Assembly: GCA_963835065.1 (NCBI GenBank)
Contig: CAWIEK010000037.1
Location: 64,001-128,000 of the forward strand
DNA: 64,000 nucleotides
Origin: an uncultured Chthonomonadaceae bacterium
GTDB lineage: Bacteria > Armatimonadota > Chthonomonadetes > Chthonomonadales > Chthonomonadaceae
Direction of reading: 5' to 3'
A model generated the notes under the pieces. The model was not told where the DNA came from. It ran no database searches and saw only the letters and a program-made list of their open reading frames with translations. Both the position numbers and the translations under genes were made by a program. Positions 61,250 through 64,000 of this stretch are shown here, one piece after another (positions within the stretch are counted from its first letter, which is position 1; each line of letters opens with the position of its first letter).

Positions 61250-64000
61250 AACCAACACAGGGAACAGGGAACAGGGAAAAGGGAAAAGAAAATGCCCAAC
61301 ACCCGGCCCTATCAACTATCAACTATCAACTATCAACTATCCTCGCGCTTATCCTCGCCGTACTCGCGCTCGGCTGGGCGTTTCGGTACATGGTGGGGCA
61401 GGAAACGCCGGTGGGGAAGGTGGAAGGGCAGATTTTGCTGGCGGATTTGCACCGACCGCTTGCGGGCGTGGAAATCTTGCTTCAGCCGACAGGACCGGGA
61501 CGTGACGACCGGCCTATGCGCCGAACCGTGACGAAGGCGGACGGGCGTTTTGCCCTCGTGAATGTGCCGGAAGGCGATTACGAATGTACGGCAACCACGC
61601 GGGCGCACGCGGCGAAAGATGCCGGCGTGGATGTGCTGGAAGGCAAGACGACACAACTGACGCTGAATCTCGAACGCAATGAGACGGAACTGGAAATCAA
61701 GCAGCATCAGCGCGTGTTCGGCACAAAGGAAAAGGCGCATATCTCCGTCAGCGGCTATGTGGACAGCGCGAAAGTGCTGGCGGTTCCGCCCAAACCCGAT
61801 ACCTTACATTTGCGCGTATTTCAAACCCGGTTGTCCAACATTCTCAGGGATGAAGCGGCAGCAAACGCGCTGGAAGAAGTGGCAAGGGGAACAGACCGGA
61901 CGCCAACCCTGCCGCCGACGCTGCTGCATCCCAAACGCGCCGTTGCCCCCAAACTGCTGTTTACCCGTGACGTGACCATTAATACGGCGGATCGGGAAGG
62001 CTTTTTCTATCAGAAGATTGACTTGGGCAAAATCGGCCTGCCCGCCCGTACCGGCCTGTATCTGCTGGAAATCCATCATGCGGATAAGGACGTTTGCTCG
62101 TGGCTGCTGGTAACGGACACCGCCTTGATTGTGAAGCGGGCAAAAACGCAATTGGTAGCGTTTGCCGCCGACATGCAGACGGGAACGCCTATAGCGGGTA
62201 GTGAAGTGCGCACGTACCGCAACGGGCAGGTGTTGGCAAGCGGGCATACGGACGCGCAGGGCGTGGCGCAGTACAGCGTTCCCGGTGTGGCGGAAAGTCA
62301 AGTTTCCGATTCGACGCGGATTACGACGGTTGCGCTGCGGGGCGATGATGAGGCGGTTGTGGAGCGCAACGCTTACAACGACGAGAAGAACAGCGCGTAT
62401 GCCGTCCATGCGTATACGGATCGCACCGTGTACCGGCCCGGACAGCGAATCTACTTCAAAGGCATTGCGCGGCGCAAGCGGGATGTGGATTATAAGACTG
62501 CCGCCACAGCCTGGGACGCGCCCGCGCCCGCGAATGGCCCACGCTATACCGTGCCTGCCGGACAAACGGTAAACGTGGAAATACGCGACAAAAGCGGCGA
62601 GCGTATTTTGGAGCAGGCTTACACGACCAATGCTTACGGCGCGTTCTTCGGGCAGGTGGATTTGCTCAAGGAAGCGGCAACGGGCGTGTACACGCTGGCA
62701 ATGAACATCGGCGGCAGTGAGCATACCGAAGACATTTACGTCGCCTCGTATCGCAAGCCGGAATACGCCGTCACCGTGACGCCGGACAAGAAAACGTATG
62801 CGCGGGGCGAAACCGTCCGCATGACCGTAGAAGGCAAATACTTTTTCGGGTCGCCGGTTGCGGGCGCGAAAGTGCGCTACAGCGTGTATTCCTCGCCGGA
62901 TTGGGCATCGGAGTACGAATCCGATCAGGAAGATAAGGACGACGAGGAAGACCTGTCCTCCTATCGCAGTTTCCACTCTGATAGTTATTACGGCTCAACG
63001 GGTAAAAGCGGAACCGTGATACTGGACGAGAACGGCAAAGCGGTTATAGAATTTCCGGCGGAAGACCCCAAACAGCGTGAAGAGAGAGAACGCGAATTGC
63101 GCCATCGGGTTCTGCCGGCGAAAGAAACGGCAGACGATTACGGCCCGCAGGAGGAAGTGTACACCCTGAGCGCAACCGTCATTGAGGGACAGGATCGGGA
63201 AGTGGAAGCGACAGGAGAGGCGCGAGTGACAAGGGGCGCGTTTCGCCTGATTGTCAGTCCCGACGGCTACGTGGCCGCGCCGGGAAAAGCAACCAACGTC
63301 ATCATAGCGGCCCACGACTTCGACGGGAATCCAATCGCCAATCTGCCCTTCAGTATCGAATCAGGATATGAGCGTTGGACAAAGGGCGAATACTCGTATA
63401 CCAGAGCCGAGTCGCAAAACGGCGTCACGGGCGGAGATGGGCGCATGGTTCTGCCCGTCACGCCGCCGCGCAATGGCAGCCTGACCCTGAAAGCGCGGGC
63501 ATGGGATACGTCGAAGCATCTCATTCTCGGACGCGCAAGTTTGTGGGTGACGAGCGATCAGGGCGGGGATTTGGATACCACGTACAATGACCTGTCCCTG
63601 CTCACGGATAAGCGGCGTTACAATCCCGGCGACACCGCCCGCGTCCTGCTCAACAGTTCGCATATCGGCCAAACCGTCCTGCTGACCATCGAAGGCGACA
63701 AAATACAGCGCGTAATGACGGTTCCCATCCGAACCCGCAGCACCGTTGTCCGCGTTCCCATCCGCGCCGAGTACGGCCCCAACGTCTTTCTGGACGCCTG
63801 CTACGTGCAAAACAAGCATTTCGCCCAAAGCGAAGCCACCCTCCGCGTCGTCATGCCGCAAAGTGGCGTGAAGGTAGTGGTAACGGCGGATAGGGAACAG
63901 GGAACAGGGAACAGGGAACAGAGGAACCCAACACCGGACACCCGACACCCGACACCCGACACCCTTTCCCATTACGCGCCGGGCGACAAAATCACCTACG
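61246..64000 (+). CDS. Bacterial alpha-2-macroglobulin family protein, 3'-truncated by the window edge
   Basis: Open frame from the ATG at 61246 to the end: TM anchor, YTDRTVYRPGQRIYFKG, YRKPEYAVTV..YARGE, YFFGSPV, DKRRYNPGD and YGPNVF. Confidence 0.9.
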   Translation, partial: MKPTQGTGNREKGKENAQHPALSTINYQLSTILALILAVLALGWAFRYMVGQETPVGKVEGQILLADLHRPLAGVEILLQPTGPGRDDRPMRRTVTKADGRFALVNVPEGDYECTATTRAHAAKDAGVDVLEGKTTQLTLNLERNETELEIKQHQRVFGTKEKAHISVSGYVDSAKVLAVPPKPDTLHLRVFQTRLSNILRDEAAANALEEVARGTDRTPTLPPTLLHPKRAVAPKLLFTRDVTINTADREGFFYQKIDLGKIGLPARTGLYLLEIHHADKDVCSWLLVTDTALIVKRAKTQLVAFAADMQTGTPIAGSEVRTYRNGQVLASGHTDAQGVAQYSVPGVAESQVSDSTRITTVALRGDDEAVVERNAYNDEKNSAYAVHAYTDRTVYRPGQRIYFKGIARRKRDVDYKTAATAWDAPAPANGPRYTVPAGQTVNVEIRDKSGERILEQAYTTNAYGAFFGQVDLLKEAATGVYTLAMNIGGSEHTEDIYVASYRKPEYAVTVTPDKKTYARGETVRMTVEGKYFFGSPVAGAKVRYSVYSSPDWASEYESDQEDKDDEEDLSSYRSFHSDSYYGSTGKSGTVILDENGKAVIEFPAEDPKQREERERELRHRVLPAKETADDYGPQEEVYTLSATVIEGQDREVEATGEARVTRGAFRLIVSPDGYVAAPGKATNVIIAAHDFDGNPIANLPFSIESGYERWTKGEYSYTRAESQNGVTGGDGRMVLPVTPPRNGSLTLKARAWDTSKHLILGRASLWVTSDQGGDLDTTYNDLSLLTDKRRYNPGDTARVLLNSSHIGQTVLLTIEGDKIQRVMTVPIRTRSTVVRVPIRAEYGPNVFLDACYVQNKHFAQSEATLRVVMPQSGVKVVVTADREQGTGNREQRNPTPDTRHPTPDTLSHYAPGDKITY

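Overview
GC-rich bacterial chromosomal segment. Gene style and repeat content suggest Armatimonadota or a similar lineage (inference only). In order: a partial hypothetical gene, a solitary CRISPR-type repeat followed by two toxin-less antitoxin-like genes, LURP-one, a secreted GH55/pectate-lyase-fold protein and a fragmented protease/FGE-domain gene. Then come an ~18 kb minus-strand nonulosonic-acid/amino-sugar cluster (pseI, pseH, pseG, two SpsF-like cytidylyltransferases, WbuXYZ-like amidotransferase module, CMAH-like MBL protein) and rpoN. A type II secretion/type IV pilus-like operon (gspE-F-G-H-I-J-K-L-M-C-D) follows; it carries a zinc-deaminase toxin plus Imm5-like immunity pair between gspE and gspF and a TnpB remnant before gspD. 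The last part holds pyrE, a TROVE/vWA-like gene with an ARPP-2-like partner preceded by a Y-RNA-like hairpin, a GH78 rhamnosidase, an EamA protein, an SLBB protein, mnmG, a membrane protein and the start of an alpha-2-macroglobulin. About 20 heptamer/octamer tandem arrays sit either in frame inside genes or as inverted pairs spanning stop-to-start junctions. Many genes have frameshifts, probably in part from sequencing error. All protein calls come from motif recognition by eye; no database searches were run.
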